DNA of 64,000 nucleotides from a virus (Duplodnaviria > Caudoviricetes). Position numbers and translations under genes: made by a program. The notes below the pieces were generated by a model, which was not told where the DNA came from, did no database searches, and worked only from the letters and a program-made list of their open reading frames with translations. Shown here piece after piece: positions 20,618-31,051 of this stretch; positions within the stretch are counted from its first letter, which is position 1; each line of letters begins with the position of its first letter. The stretch spans positions 64,001 to 128,000 of IMG/VR virus record IMGVR_UViG_3300021400_000128, one strand, 5' to 3'.

Positions 20618-20859
20618 TTATTTTTTTCCTCATCGTCCACTTTCATCACGATATCCTCACCGAAAACGACGTTCAAACCGGAGCCATTATCCCAATGAAC
20701 CAGGATTGAGCCGATATCGTCAACGCCATGTACCGTTCCTAATGTTCCCATCGGAGGAGCCTGTACATCATTCATGTGGATAAGCTTCACACGGCAGCCG
20801 ACCGGATAGATTTTGCGCAGTGTCGCGATTACGTCAGGGTGAATATTATTGAATTTCAT
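20614..20859 (-). CDS. DUF4314 protein
   Basis: YPVG.RV.L..M.D...P.GT.GTV..VDDIG...V.WDNGS.L. Confidence 0.85.
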   Translation of the reverse strand: MKFNNIHPDVIATLRKIYPVGCRVKLIHMNDVQAPPMGTLGTVHGVDDIGSILVHWDNGSGLNVVFGEDIVMKVDDEEKNK

Positions 20860-20925
20860 TTGAGATTCCTTTTTTTAAACAGGTCGGGCGGATTTTTTCA
20901 CCGCCCAGACCTTTATCAATCCTTA

Positions 20926-21849
20926 TTATGCTTCAGCGTTCACCATGGCATATACCTTATCCAGGAGCGGGTGACCGTTCGTTACCTTATCGAAAAGGTT
21001 TCCGAAGTAGGAATCTGTCATTCTCAATGGTTCTGTGTGGCTTACCATGTCACTGACCGCATTCACAACACCGAAAGCCGTACCCCTGAAGTTGGCAATA
21101 TCATCAGCGTTATAACAGCGTTTCAGCTGTTCCCGCTGATAAAAAGCGTTTCTCAGTTCTCGTTCACTTGCATCCTTACTGACCGGGAAAAGTTCTTCCC
21201 AGAATTTCTGGATCTTTTCGTTTGAGATTTTGATTCTGGCAAGGCGGACATAATCCTCATTTACTTCCGTGAAGTAATCCTCAGACAATTTCAGCGTTCT
21301 GTCAGCTTCTTTAATCTTTCCCTCAATATCACCGGTGTGACGAATCGAGAAGGAGCGATACGCATCCTTCACAGCAAGATTCAGTGTATTCTGACAAATT
21401 ACGCGGATCGGGGTCACGCAAACCTTTACCGCACCTTTTCCATCAAAGGAATTTTTGAAAATCAGGTAATGATGATACCAATCTCCCATCACCTGTTTCG
21501 GTTCCAGACTTGCCTGCAGCCAGATGGTTTTCCAGTCATTGCAGCTTCCGGCATTTTCGTATGTACATCCACGACCGATCAACCCGTCAGTGAATGCAAA
21601 CGCATCCGTATTTTGCACGATCTTGTACCGATCAGTGACCATTCCAAGAACTTTTCCATCATTGGATTTCCGATTAACCCGGTATCCTTTGATATGGTTC
21701 CCTTGAACATCAAACACAGGTTCCTGAAGCACCTCGAAATCAAGGTGAGCAGCTTTCAGCGCATCAGCAGAAGTCAGTGCGTCATTCACAATCGTCGCAT
21801 TGGTGCGGGCGAAAATACTCGGGCGGGTGGAATAAAAACTTGTAAACAT
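20926..21849 (-). CDS. DUF932 phage/plasmid protein
   Basis: LG.V.DRY..VQN..AF.F, NS.DG, TPIRV.C.NTL, RHT and GT.FG..NAV motifs. Confidence 0.9.
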   Translation of the reverse strand: MFTSFYSTRPSIFARTNATIVNDALTSADALKAAHLDFEVLQEPVFDVQGNHIKGYRVNRKSNDGKVLGMVTDRYKIVQNTDAFAFTDGLIGRGCTYENAGSCNDWKTIWLQASLEPKQVMGDWYHHYLIFKNSFDGKGAVKVCVTPIRVICQNTLNLAVKDAYRSFSIRHTGDIEGKIKEADRTLKLSEDYFTEVNEDYVRLARIKISNEKIQKFWEELFPVSKDASERELRNAFYQREQLKRCYNADDIANFRGTAFGVVNAVSDMVSHTEPLRMTDSYFGNLFDKVTNGHPLLDKVYAMVNAEA

Positions 21850-22060
21850 GTCATTCTCCTTATATTTTTACTTCAGATTATTTGATTACGATATCTTGTA
21901 CATGGATGGGAATAATATTATTCCTTTTAAAAAATCTCAACGCTTGCATAATCGGCGACATCAATATCGCCGTCAGGATATTTCACCACAACACAAGGAT
22001 CGCCGTTTTCGATAATGTATTCCAGGATTGAAACTTTTTCACCGTCAAGATAAGTGCTCA

Positions 22061-22162
22061 TTTGTTGCCTCCGTTATTTTTAGTCTTGCTTTTTTCAACT
22101 TACATTACTTATTATACGCGCTTTTATTTAATTGTCAATGTATTTAATCATTTTTATTACAT
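22061..22162 (-). promoter_or_regulatory. Repeated early promoter module 3
   Basis: TTGACA (22133-38), N16, TATAAT (22111-16); ATGTAA boxes. Confidence 0.85.
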
Positions 22163-22304
22163 TTCAACTTATTTTTTAACCGGGAATTTCACCCGGTTAT
22201 TATTACATATGACGAATTATGGTATCAATCACCAGATACAGAGCATACAAGGCAACCAGTGAAGCAATCGCACCGATAAATTCTGAAATAATCGTAAAAA
22301 ACAT

Positions 22305-22399
22305 TGTGACCTCCGTTGTTTTTTATTCAATCAACTTACATTATTTATTATATTCAGCATTATATATTTGTCAATGTTTATGTTTATTTTCATTACATT
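22305..22399 (-). promoter_or_regulatory. Repeated early promoter module 4
   Basis: TTGACA (22369-74), N16, TATAAT (22347-52); drives a tiny hydrophobic ORF at about 22200-22303. Confidence 0.85.
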
Positions 22400-22553
22400 T
22401 AATAATTGTTTCTATTTTACATTTAACAAAAAATGCGCCTTGAAAAATTAACATCAGGACGCATTTTGAAGGACATTTTGTGTTTGATATATTGTTTATT
22501 GGTTTTGATATTTCAATAGCTTTATTTTTAATCCTGTGCGCTCCAGTTGGGTC

Positions 22554-23147
22554 TTAACCGATTATGTGGATACGTCCACACTTTGGGCACTTGCTGTAAA
22601 CAGGCTGCTTAATCGGTGCCGATACATTCTCAGGATCGTTGGTCATCGGTTTGTTCATTTGTTGTGAAGTCTGCACAGTTCTTGCTTCATGTTCCTGGGC
22701 GGTTTCAGCTGGTGCATCGTCATAGACTTCCGTCAGATATCCGGTATTGGTTGGAGCTGTTGTCTGCGGTTTGAAGGATGGCGCGAATCCGAACATTGCC
22801 ATATCGAAGTTCATGCTTTCCAGTTCCCGTTTTTCTACTGCAAGTTTTTCGGCATCCCATGTAGCAAATTCTGCTGTCCGGTTATCAGCGATCCGGTATG
22901 CTCTGATCTGTTCATCTGTCAGGTCATCCGCACGAACACAGGGAACGGTCTTCATATGGAGCTTTATCGCTGCCTTCAGTCGTGTATGTCCAGCAACGAT
23001 CTCATTATTCGCGTCAATGACAATCGGCTGTTTGAATCCGAATTCTTTTATACTGTTTGCTACATAATTCACCGCAGCGTCATTTCTGCGTGGATTTTTG
23101 ATATATCCGAACAATTCATCTACCGGGATTTCTTCTATTTCCATCAT
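22554..23147 (-). CDS. ParB N-terminal domain protein
   Basis: Y..NPR.N, SIKEFGFKQPIVID, GHTR, AYRIADN; ends in CPKCG. Confidence 0.9.
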   Translation of the reverse strand: MMEIEEIPVDELFGYIKNPRRNDAAVNYVANSIKEFGFKQPIVIDANNEIVAGHTRLKAAIKLHMKTVPCVRADDLTDEQIRAYRIADNRTAEFATWDAEKLAVEKRELESMNFDMAMFGFAPSFKPQTTAPTNTGYLTEVYDDAPAETAQEHEARTVQTSQQMNKPMTNDPENVSAPIKQPVYSKCPKCGRIHIIG

Positions 23148-24184
23148 TTCAGCCTCCGGAGCCATTGATCATATACTTGAGAGGATATCTGTGCCATCAT
23201 GACAGGCGGAACGCTCATTCCGCAAATGTATTTTGGAGATTGGTTTAAGAAGTTATAATCTTCTGGAAATGTCTGCATGTGGATAATATCCGTATCACTG
23301 ATATTTTTACCATCATACATTCTCGCCATACTTCCTGAGGCTGCAAGTGTCGGAGCAACATCGTTATCCGCAATTACACCATATTGAAAGCTCGTTTCTT
23401 TTTGGTTATTGTTTTTCATAATAGAAGATATATCCTTATCGCCAGGTTTTCTAACCATCAGGCGCATTTTTGATATTGCGTTTTCATTAGCCCATTCTTT
23501 TCCCGATTCGCTCCGTATTTCTTTAAACAGGATCGGCGGTTCATTGAAGGATAATTTTAATTTCGGAAGGTCAATATCATTTCTATGAGCAATGAAGAAC
23601 ACTCTTTCACGTCTCTGCGGTACTCCCATTTTCGCGGCATTCAGTTTAAATAACTGCACTGTATATCCCGCTTCATGATAAGCTTTGATGATTTCATTTA
23701 CGTATCCTTTGGCGTTTCCTGCAAGTAATCCTGTGACGTTCTCCGCAATACTGACCTTTGGCTTCAGCTGGTCGATCAGTTTGATAAACCAGAAGAATAG
23801 ATCGTCTAACCGCTGCATTTTCTGACCTTCCCGGAATTGCTTTTCTACATTCCACCCTTCTTCACGTTTTCCCGCCTGACTGAAGACGCTGCAGGGCGGA
23901 GAACCGTCCAGAATGTCCAAATCATATAATTCAGCGGGCTTTTCTTTATCCAGAAAATCACGGATATCCATCAAAAACGGGTATTTTGGATGATGATTCA
24001 CCTGATATACTTTCATTACACTGGAATCGATCTCACAATTACCGAGTAATTCATATCCGGCTAATTTGTATCCCATAGAGCTCCCCCCCCCGCAAGAGAA
24101 ACATGAAAAGACAGTACAGCCGTTCTTTTTCACATTTGCAAGATCTGTAAGGTTCCATTTCCACGGAAATTTATGTTCAGTCAT
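23144..24184 (-). CDS. DNA cytosine-C5 methyltransferase
   Basis: FSCGGG, GSPPC, ENV.G, PQ.RERVF and GMSVPP motifs. Confidence 0.93.
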   Translation of the reverse strand: MTEHKFPWKWNLTDLANVKKNGCTVFSCFSCGGGSSMGYKLAGYELLGNCEIDSSVMKVYQVNHHPKYPFLMDIRDFLDKEKPAELYDLDILDGSPPCSVFSQAGKREEGWNVEKQFREGQKMQRLDDLFFWFIKLIDQLKPKVSIAENVTGLLAGNAKGYVNEIIKAYHEAGYTVQLFKLNAAKMGVPQRRERVFFIAHRNDIDLPKLKLSFNEPPILFKEIRSESGKEWANENAISKMRLMVRKPGDKDISSIMKNNNQKETSFQYGVIADNDVAPTLAASGSMARMYDGKNISDTDIIHMQTFPEDYNFLNQSPKYICGMSVPPVMMAQISSQVYDQWLRRLK

Positions 24185-24749
24185 TGTACCGGAATCCGCA
24201 GTAAGGGCATTGCCGTTCAAATTGTTCGTCTGCATAGTCATCTAAGTCAATCTCCTCATTGTCGTTTATTTTACTGATTGGTTCTGTTGGTCTTGTATGG
24301 ATCGGTATTTCTTCATTGCTATCATATTCTGAATCATCGGAATATGTCTGATCGATTGGCAATGGTTCCGGGTCCTGAGTGATAATACCGAACCCAAAAC
24401 TGTTCATATCAAAACCAACGTTTTGAAGCTCTTTCATTTCGATACTGAGCTTTTCAAAGTCCCAACCGGATTGTTCCTTCACCTTGTTATCCGCTAATCT
24501 GTATGCTTTGATCTGCTCATCGGTAAGGTCATCTGCCATCACACATGGCACTGTAGTCAGTCCGAGTTTCTTTGCGGCAAGAAGACGGGTATGTCCTGCG
24601 ACAATAACATAATCCTTATCTATTACGATAGGCTGCTTAAAACCAAATTCCTTGATTGACGCAGCAACATATTTCACCGCCGGAAGGTTGTTCCGTGGAT
24701 TGTTTTCATACATTTTCAGTTTCTCAACCGGTATCTCTATTATTTCCAT
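24177..24749 (-). CDS. ParB N-terminal domain protein
   Basis: Paralogue of 22554-23147; ends in CPYCG. Confidence 0.9.
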   Translation of the reverse strand: MEIIEIPVEKLKMYENNPRNNLPAVKYVAASIKEFGFKQPIVIDKDYVIVAGHTRLLAAKKLGLTTVPCVMADDLTDEQIKAYRLADNKVKEQSGWDFEKLSIEMKELQNVGFDMNSFGFGIITQDPEPLPIDQTYSDDSEYDSNEEIPIHTRPTEPISKINDNEEIDLDDYADEQFERQCPYCGFRYND

Positions 24750-25411
24750 CAGCTTTTTCTCTTTCCATAAATCCATGCAATAGGAATAAGCGTATAAGTG
24801 TCTTTTAGTGCTCTGATACAGTTAACCATCGTCATTCCACTTGTACAAACATCATCAATAAAGATACAAACTGGTTTATTAGAGTGTCCGATTACCTGTA
24901 TCACACCTCTGTCCTGTGTTACATCCGCGTATGTTGATCCTGATAAGTGTCTGTCTGCAAACATCTTGACGTATGGACAATTTAATTTCTCAGCAAGAAC
25001 TTTCCCGACTTCGGAAATGAAATGTTTTTTTGTTTTGCTATGTCCTTGCGGAGCATTATAGACAAAGCAGTTATCGGTTTTATGAATCAATTGCCGGATC
25101 GTGAGTTCGAACTCACTGGCAACCATATTCAGAGCTTCAGGTTCCTGTTCCGCTTTTACTCTCTTGAGCCATTTGACCTGTTCTTTTTCGCTGGTGTCCC
25201 AAGAGCGAATAGACAACCAACGATAATCACCTTTTCTGTTAAATTTCGGAGCTAATGTTCCGATATTAACAGGCATGATTTTCAATTCATGGTCAACAGT
25301 ATCAAATGCGCTGTATGTACTGATTTTTTTCTTTGTACTTTCCGGAGATAACAAGCCATTATCAAATGAAAACACATCGAAGCTGAACCCAGCTCCTAAA
25401 TCATTTCGCAT
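24749..25411 (-). CDS. Phosphoribosyltransferase-like protein
   Basis: PRPP-binding loop IFIDDVCTSGMT. Confidence 0.75.
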   Translation of the reverse strand: MRNDLGAGFSFDVFSFDNGLLSPESTKKKISTYSAFDTVDHELKIMPVNIGTLAPKFNRKGDYRWLSIRSWDTSEKEQVKWLKRVKAEQEPEALNMVASEFELTIRQLIHKTDNCFVYNAPQGHSKTKKHFISEVGKVLAEKLNCPYVKMFADRHLSGSTYADVTQDRGVIQVIGHSNKPVCIFIDDVCTSGMTMVNCIRALKDTYTLIPIAWIYGKRKS

Positions 25412-25935
25412 TCGATCCCCATGTTCGTTAACCGTTCGTAGGTTTCCCGCTGTTCATTTAGGCTCTTGCATTCAATCTGTACAATGAAGCGAGGATTACC
25501 TGATCCGGATGTTTCATTATCATCCTCATCCTCTTCTTCATCGTCAGTATCATAATTCGGGAAAAACCCGAAGTCGGCGATGTCGAATTCCAACGGATCG
25601 AGAAGCATGAATTCTTGTTCCAGACGGTCATAATCCCAGGTGGACATTTCCGCTACTTTGTTATCTGCAAGACGAAAAGCGCGGATCTGGTCTTCTGAAA
25701 GGTCATCTGCCATGATGCAAGGGACTTTTGCCATCTTTAACCGTCTGGCTGCCTTGTATCTGGTGTGCCCGCAGATGATCATGTTGTTCTTATCAATAAT
25801 AATGGGTACTTTAAAACCGAAATTCTGAATTGAATTTGCCACGTACTGGACTGCATCGGAGTTCTTTCGTGGGTTGTTTTCATACATTTGAAGGTCGTTG
25901 ATGTCTTTATATACTATCTGTAACTCATCTGCCAT
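25396..25935 (-). CDS. ParB N-terminal domain protein
   Basis: YENNPR.N, FGFKVPIIID, GHTR, AFRLADN. Confidence 0.9.
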   Translation of the reverse strand: MADELQIVYKDINDLQMYENNPRKNSDAVQYVANSIQNFGFKVPIIIDKNNMIICGHTRYKAARRLKMAKVPCIMADDLSEDQIRAFRLADNKVAEMSTWDYDRLEQEFMLLDPLEFDIADFGFFPNYDTDDEEEDEDDNETSGSGNPRFIVQIECKSLNEQRETYERLTNMGIECEMI

Positions 25936-25952
25936 ATTCTCTCCTTACGTTT

Positions 25953-26006
25953 AAATAAAAAGTAGACACTTGTATGTACAAAGTGCCTTCTTAGGGTCTG
26001 ATTATA
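25953..26006 (-). promoter_or_regulatory. CTAAGAA-box leader element 7 (terminator type)
   Basis: CAGACCCTAAGAAGGCACTTTGTACATACAAGTGTCT..T-tract; nearly identical to element 1. Confidence 0.85.
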
Positions 26007-26180
26007 TTTTACCTTATTTTATTATTCACATCGTTGTCATTTCATCCCATATATAGTGATATGGTATCCATCGTGTGGAAGTGTCGAATTCCGTCACAGG
26101 CTGAATCACGGGTATCCGGTACTCACCTGTTCCAACGAACATCGCTTTTTCAAGATTTAATAATGGGAGCTGACTTTTCT

Positions 26181-26894
26181 TCATTTCTTCTTACCGAGCT
26201 TTTCCCGCTGTTTTCTTATCCGCTCATCATGTTTTTCCATATCTTCAACGTTGTATGTCTTTCCACCAAACAATTGATATCCTCGTTCTAACGGTATCAC
26301 TTCATCCTTCAGCTCTTCTGGCACAATACCGTTAAACAATATCTGTGATGGGTTCAGTCGTTTCTTCATTTCTTCATAACCCATCCAGAAATTATCATAA
26401 TAATCCTTCGTCTGCATTGTCCCAACGGTTGACACACAGACCACCGAGTTTGTAGGTTCACCGTCGAAGCAGAATTGAAACGTCTGTGGCAATGCCCATG
26501 TGATCGTTGGGATAATGTTCACCCCGTTCATTTGAAGATAGGCAGCTACCCAGTGTTTTCGGTAGTGATTCCACACCTGCATCGCCTTCGGCATATTGGT
26601 ATATATCGAAAACTCAGGGGAACAGACATAGCGGTACTGTTTCAGACGATCAAGATACAGGTCAGGTGCACTCCAAAGACGTTCGAATTGATAATCATGA
26701 ACGTGAAAATGGATACCACGCTTAGATGGATCGTTCTTTTTGATATCACTTTGCATATAGTTGAATGGGATCCACTTTGTTGTTGTGTCGTATTCCTTCA
26801 CTCTGCCTGCTATCACAGGAATTCCATATTCACCGACACCATCAAACAGAGCTTTTTCCATATTTAGCAGTGGGACAATAAACTTTTTTGCCAT
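26181..26894 (-). CDS. DUF4417 protein
   Basis: IHF..HDYQFERLW, SP.FS.Y..MP...Q.WN.YR.HW, FCFDG.P. Confidence 0.85.
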   Translation of the reverse strand: MAKKFIVPLLNMEKALFDGVGEYGIPVIAGRVKEYDTTTKWIPFNYMQSDIKKNDPSKRGIHFHVHDYQFERLWSAPDLYLDRLKQYRYVCSPEFSIYTNMPKAMQVWNHYRKHWVAAYLQMNGVNIIPTITWALPQTFQFCFDGEPTNSVVCVSTVGTMQTKDYYDNFWMGYEEMKKRLNPSQILFNGIVPEELKDEVIPLERGYQLFGGKTYNVEDMEKHDERIRKQREKLGKKK

Positions 26895-26897
26895 GTG

Positions 26898-27464
26898 TCA
26901 CCCCACGGAAGATTCATAATCGTTCCTGACAGATGCGTCCCCCATCTCACATCTTGCCATTTTGTGAAATTCGTCTAATCCTTTGTCGCGGATACACTCC
27001 AGGAACTTGATAATCAGTGTATCAGTCTCCGGATGAAAATGTCTGCCTTTTCGCATTTTCTTATAGTGGATCATTGGTGATTCAGGTGTCCAGGCTTCTT
27101 TTTGATAGACCTTCCCGGCACCGATCCAGTCACAGATCATCTCTATGACATAGTGATATGGGATTTTGTTTGCAATCACACTTCCGTCTGCTTCAGTAAA
27201 ATCTGTCCAAAATTCCCAATGATGAGGATTCGCTCCTTTGTGATGGAGCCATGCATAGCTGTAGCCGATGTCTTCCTTCTCTGCTTCAATCGGGCTTCGG
27301 TTCCCTTGAAAGTATTTCGCCGAGGGTATGAACTCTGCAAAACTAAATTTTGAAAGATCATGTTTGATTCCCTGCCATGTGATACCACACGCTCTGCATT
27401 CCTTGAATACAACTTTTTTATGTCTGCAAACGGTTAGAAAATGTTTGATATAGGGATTGTTCAT
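26898..27464 (-). CDS. DUF5662 (HD-like) protein
   Basis: HDLSKFS, AWLHH...NPHHWE.W, EM.CDW.GA. Confidence 0.8.
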   Translation of the reverse strand: MNNPYIKHFLTVCRHKKVVFKECRACGITWQGIKHDLSKFSFAEFIPSAKYFQGNRSPIEAEKEDIGYSYAWLHHKGANPHHWEFWTDFTEADGSVIANKIPYHYVIEMICDWIGAGKVYQKEAWTPESPMIHYKKMRKGRHFHPETDTLIIKFLECIRDKGLDEFHKMARCEMGDASVRNDYESSVG

Positions 27465-27480
27465 ATTACTCCTAATGTGT

Positions 27481-27535
27481 AAATAAGAAGGCACCTGTTA
27501 ATTAAGGTGCCTTCTTAGGGTCTGTGTTTATTATA
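27481..27535 (-). promoter_or_regulatory. CTAAGAA-box leader element 8 (terminator type)
   Basis: TATAAT..CAGACCCTAAGAAGGCACCT-loop-AGGTGCCTTCTTATTT. Confidence 0.85.
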
Positions 27536-27543
27536 ACAGAATA

Positions 27544-29838
27544 TTATTTAGCAAACTCCCGAATCTGGTTCAGCCCTATGTATTTCTTTCCACCACTAAC
27601 CAAAACTGGAACGCTCTGGATATCGTATTTTTTGGCAAACTCAGTTGTAGCTTCATCCTTCACGACAATCTTTTGATAATCGATCCCAGCTTGCTTCAGT
27701 ACATTCTCAGCCATGTTGCAATTTGGGCATGTCTCTGTTGAGAAAAGCATATTAACATCCTTCTTTTCCTTGTGAAAGTTAGGATCATATTCTTTTCGCT
27801 CTTTGAATTCCTGCACCTTCCCATCATTCCAATTGCGCAGCGGACGATAATATCCCGTGATTCTGCTGTACACTTCGGTTTCTTTTCCACATTGTGGACA
27901 TTGAGCAACTTCACCTGTCAAATATCCATGGTCAGGACAAATTGAATACGTCGGGGATAGTGTGTAATACGGGAGATGATAATTTTCCGCTATTTTCCTT
28001 ACAAGCTGCGCCGCTGCTTTCCACCCGCTCAATCTCTCGCCGAGAAATACATGGAATACGGTTCCGGACGTGTAAAGCGTTTGCAGTTTATCCTGAATAT
28101 CCAGTGCTTCGAACACATCTTCAGTATAACCGACAGGAAGGTGAGATGAGTTTGTATAATAAGGTGTTCCGTCTGACGCTGTTATTATTTCCGGCCATCG
28201 TTCTTTATCATGCTTCGCAAGGCGATATGATGTTGATTCTGCTGGTGTCGCTTCAAGATTGAATAAATTTCCGTATTTTTCCTGATAATCTGAAAGACGT
28301 TCCCGCATATGATTTAGAACATTTTCTGCAAACTTCTGCGTTTCAGGATTTGTCAGATCTTTTTTCAACCACTTCGCATTCAGTCCCGCTTCATTCATAC
28401 CAACCAAACCAATTGTAGAAAAATGATTGTTAAACGTTCCGAGATAGCGTTTTGCGTAAGGATAGAACCCTGCATCAAGATATTTTGTGAGGACTTTTCT
28501 CTTAATATCTAAAGAACGGGCAGCAATATCCATCATTTTATCTAATCGCTTATAAAAGTCAGTTTCATCTTTCGCAAGAAAAGCGATGCGGGGAAGGTTG
28601 ATGGTAACAACGCCGATCGATCCAGTACTTTCTCCGGAGCCAAAGAATCCACCTGATTTTTTACGCAGTTCACGAAGATCAAGGCGCAACCGACAACACA
28701 TCGACCTCACGTCTGTTGGTTCCATATCGCTGTTGATGTAATTAGAAAAATAAGGTGTTCCGTACTTGGCGGCCATTTCAAAAAGCAGACGATTGTTTTC
28801 AGACTCCGACCAATCAAAATCTTTCGTGATAGAGTACGTCGGAATTGGGTACTGTAATCCACGACCATTTGCATCACCTTCAATCATCACTTCGATGAAT
28901 GCTTTGTTTACCATATCAGCTTCTTTTTGGCAGTCGCCATATGTGAAATCCATCGGTTCCCCTCCGACCAAAGCAGGCTGGTCTTTCAGGTCAGTAGGAA
29001 TTCTCCAGTCCAGCGTGATGTTAGTAAATGGAGCCTGTGAACCCCATCGGCTTGGCGTGTTTACCCCGAAGACAAAAGACTGAATGCAGTTTTTTACATC
29101 TTCATATTTCAGGTGATCCGCTTTTACAAAAGGAGCTAAATATGTATCAAAAGAGGAAAATGCCTGTGCACCAGCCCATTCGTTTTGCATTATTCCAATA
29201 AAATTCACCATCTGATTACATAGAGAGGATAGATGCCTCGCCGGAGCAGATGTGATTTTACCAGGAACACCGCCAAGTCCTTCCTGGATCAACTGTTTCA
29301 GCGACCATCCGGCACAGTATGGAGCTAACATGGCAAGGTCGTGAATGTGAATATCAGCATTTCGGTGTGCATCACCGATTTCCTGATCGTAAATTTCACT
29401 CAGCCAGTAATTTGCCGTAATAGCTCCACTGTTGGAAAGAATCAGTCCGCCAATAGAATAAGTTATGGTCGAATTTTCTTTAACTCTCCAATCAGAACTA
29501 TCAACATAACTGTTGACCAATTCTTTGTAGTCAAGGAAAGTGCTTTTTAGATTTCGGATATTTTCTCGCTGTTTGCGATAAAGGATATAGGATTTCGCAA
29601 CATCTGAATATCCGGCTTGACTAAGAATTGTTTCCACACTATCCTGAATATCTTCAACGTTAATCGTATTATTCTTCACCTTTGATTGGAAATCTGCCGT
29701 AACCTGTATTGCAAGCATTTCTAAAACATCTGGAAATACAGTTTTTTCTTCCGCAAGAAAGGCTTTTTCCATAGCGTGAATAACTTTTTGAATATCGAAC
29801 TTAGCATGACTGCCATTTCTCTTTATCACATCACACAT
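27544..29838 (-). CDS. nrdD: Anaerobic (class III) ribonucleoside-triphosphate reductase with ATP cone and C-terminal glutaredoxin-like domain
   Basis: HIHDL..YCAGW, SMCCRL, EATPAES, glycyl-radical YSRITGY and terminal TCPNC..SVP. Confidence 0.95.
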   Translation of the reverse strand: MCDVIKRNGSHAKFDIQKVIHAMEKAFLAEEKTVFPDVLEMLAIQVTADFQSKVKNNTINVEDIQDSVETILSQAGYSDVAKSYILYRKQRENIRNLKSTFLDYKELVNSYVDSSDWRVKENSTITYSIGGLILSNSGAITANYWLSEIYDQEIGDAHRNADIHIHDLAMLAPYCAGWSLKQLIQEGLGGVPGKITSAPARHLSSLCNQMVNFIGIMQNEWAGAQAFSSFDTYLAPFVKADHLKYEDVKNCIQSFVFGVNTPSRWGSQAPFTNITLDWRIPTDLKDQPALVGGEPMDFTYGDCQKEADMVNKAFIEVMIEGDANGRGLQYPIPTYSITKDFDWSESENNRLLFEMAAKYGTPYFSNYINSDMEPTDVRSMCCRLRLDLRELRKKSGGFFGSGESTGSIGVVTINLPRIAFLAKDETDFYKRLDKMMDIAARSLDIKRKVLTKYLDAGFYPYAKRYLGTFNNHFSTIGLVGMNEAGLNAKWLKKDLTNPETQKFAENVLNHMRERLSDYQEKYGNLFNLEATPAESTSYRLAKHDKERWPEIITASDGTPYYTNSSHLPVGYTEDVFEALDIQDKLQTLYTSGTVFHVFLGERLSGWKAAAQLVRKIAENYHLPYYTLSPTYSICPDHGYLTGEVAQCPQCGKETEVYSRITGYYRPLRNWNDGKVQEFKERKEYDPNFHKEKKDVNMLFSTETCPNCNMAENVLKQAGIDYQKIVVKDEATTEFAKKYDIQSVPVLVSGGKKYIGLNQIREFAK

Positions 29839-29854
29839 TTCTCTCTCCTCTTAT

Positions 29855-30529
29855 TTAACGCACCATTGTTTTTACATATTTATTTCCAATGGAACGATAT
29901 TCTTTCATTTCCTCTGATGTCGGTGAATGCAGACCGCGTTGAAACACCTCCGTTGTATCCATGAAAGGCTGTAAATACCAGATAGTGGATCCTTGTAAAT
30001 ACCTTCCGGTTTCTTCGATATCCCTTTGGGAATGAAATTCTCTGACAACGGTCGTGCGAAATTCATAAGGAACACCACTACTACGGATAATTTCTATCGA
30101 TTGCTGAATAAGATCGGTTTTCAGATTTTGGATTCCGGATGTTTTAGCGTATTTTTCAAAAGAGTTTTTTACATCCATTGCAATGTAATCAATGATATTT
30201 TGTGTTAGTATCTTTTGTAAAGTTTCAGGATTGCTTCCGTTCGTATCAAGTTTGATGGAATATCCAATCTGCTTGATTTCCTGCAAAAAAGGAATAATAT
30301 CTTGATGTATTAAAGGTTCTCCACCTGTTACACATACACCATCTATTATTCCTTTGCGCTTTTGCAGATATTGAAAAACAGTTTCCGGATCAATTGATTC
30401 ATCACCATTCACAATCCCACTGTTATAACAAAATGGGCAGTGAAAATTACAACCTGTCGTAAATATTACGCAGGCTGTTTTATCCGGATAATTTAGCAAA
30501 CTGAGCTTTTGGAATCCGCCAATCTTCAT
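29855..30529 (-). CDS. nrdG: Class III RNR activating radical SAM enzyme
   Basis: GCNFHCPFCYN, TGGEP, KLDTNG; adjacent to nrdD. Confidence 0.93.
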   Translation of the reverse strand: MKIGGFQKLSLLNYPDKTACVIFTTGCNFHCPFCYNSGIVNGDESIDPETVFQYLQKRKGIIDGVCVTGGEPLIHQDIIPFLQEIKQIGYSIKLDTNGSNPETLQKILTQNIIDYIAMDVKNSFEKYAKTSGIQNLKTDLIQQSIEIIRSSGVPYEFRTTVVREFHSQRDIEETGRYLQGSTIWYLQPFMDTTEVFQRGLHSPTSEEMKEYRSIGNKYVKTMVR

Positions 30530-30544
30530 TCTTTCGTCCTATAG

Positions 30545-30609
30545 CAAAAATAAAAGAAAGCACAATTCAATTACGAAATGTGCCTTCTTAGGGTCTGAGG
30601 TAATTATAA
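30545..30609 (-). promoter_or_regulatory. CTAAGAA-box leader element 9 (terminator type), upstream of nrdG
   Basis: TATAAT..CAGACCCTAAGAAGGCACA-loop-TGTGCTTTCTTTTATTTTT. Confidence 0.85.
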
Positions 30610-30715
30610 CTGATTTTCTTTATGTGTTTTTTTTATTTTAATTGGCGATATCCTTGATGGAATATACTTATCATCTGTTTACTGAATTATCGCCGGATAT
30701 ATGAGCTTCGACATA

Positions 30716-31039
30716 TTACCTTTCCTGGTACTTCGGACATTTCTCATTATCGAAATATACCCCAGTGGGTTTTGTTTCATACTTTTCACATGATCCGGCA
30801 GTGTAGTCTGTTGTCTTACGACCGCTGAACATCTTTCCTGCAAATTTACACGTTCTGCAAGCCATGTTCTTTTGCTTTTCACGCTGACGCTCTGCTGATG
30901 CCGCCATAGCTTCATCTTCTGAATAATAACGGAGCCATACGCTTTTCCTGCTGTCTGAAAGACTGTTAAATTCCTTCTTTTCTTCATCTGAAAGGTCATT
31001 CCAGATTTCATCCAAATATTTTTTCTCACTATCTGTCAT
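30716..31039 (-). CDS. Small Cys-rich partner protein downstream of the ART
   Basis: C..C..., C..Y..KP..V......C..Y pattern; SD GAAGGTGA. Confidence 0.7.
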   Translation of the reverse strand: MTDSEKKYLDEIWNDLSDEEKKEFNSLSDSRKSVWLRYYSEDEAMAASAERQREKQKNMACRTCKFAGKMFSGRKTTDYTAGSCEKYETKPTGVYFDNEKCPKYQER

Positions 31040-31051
31040 TTTTCACCTTCT

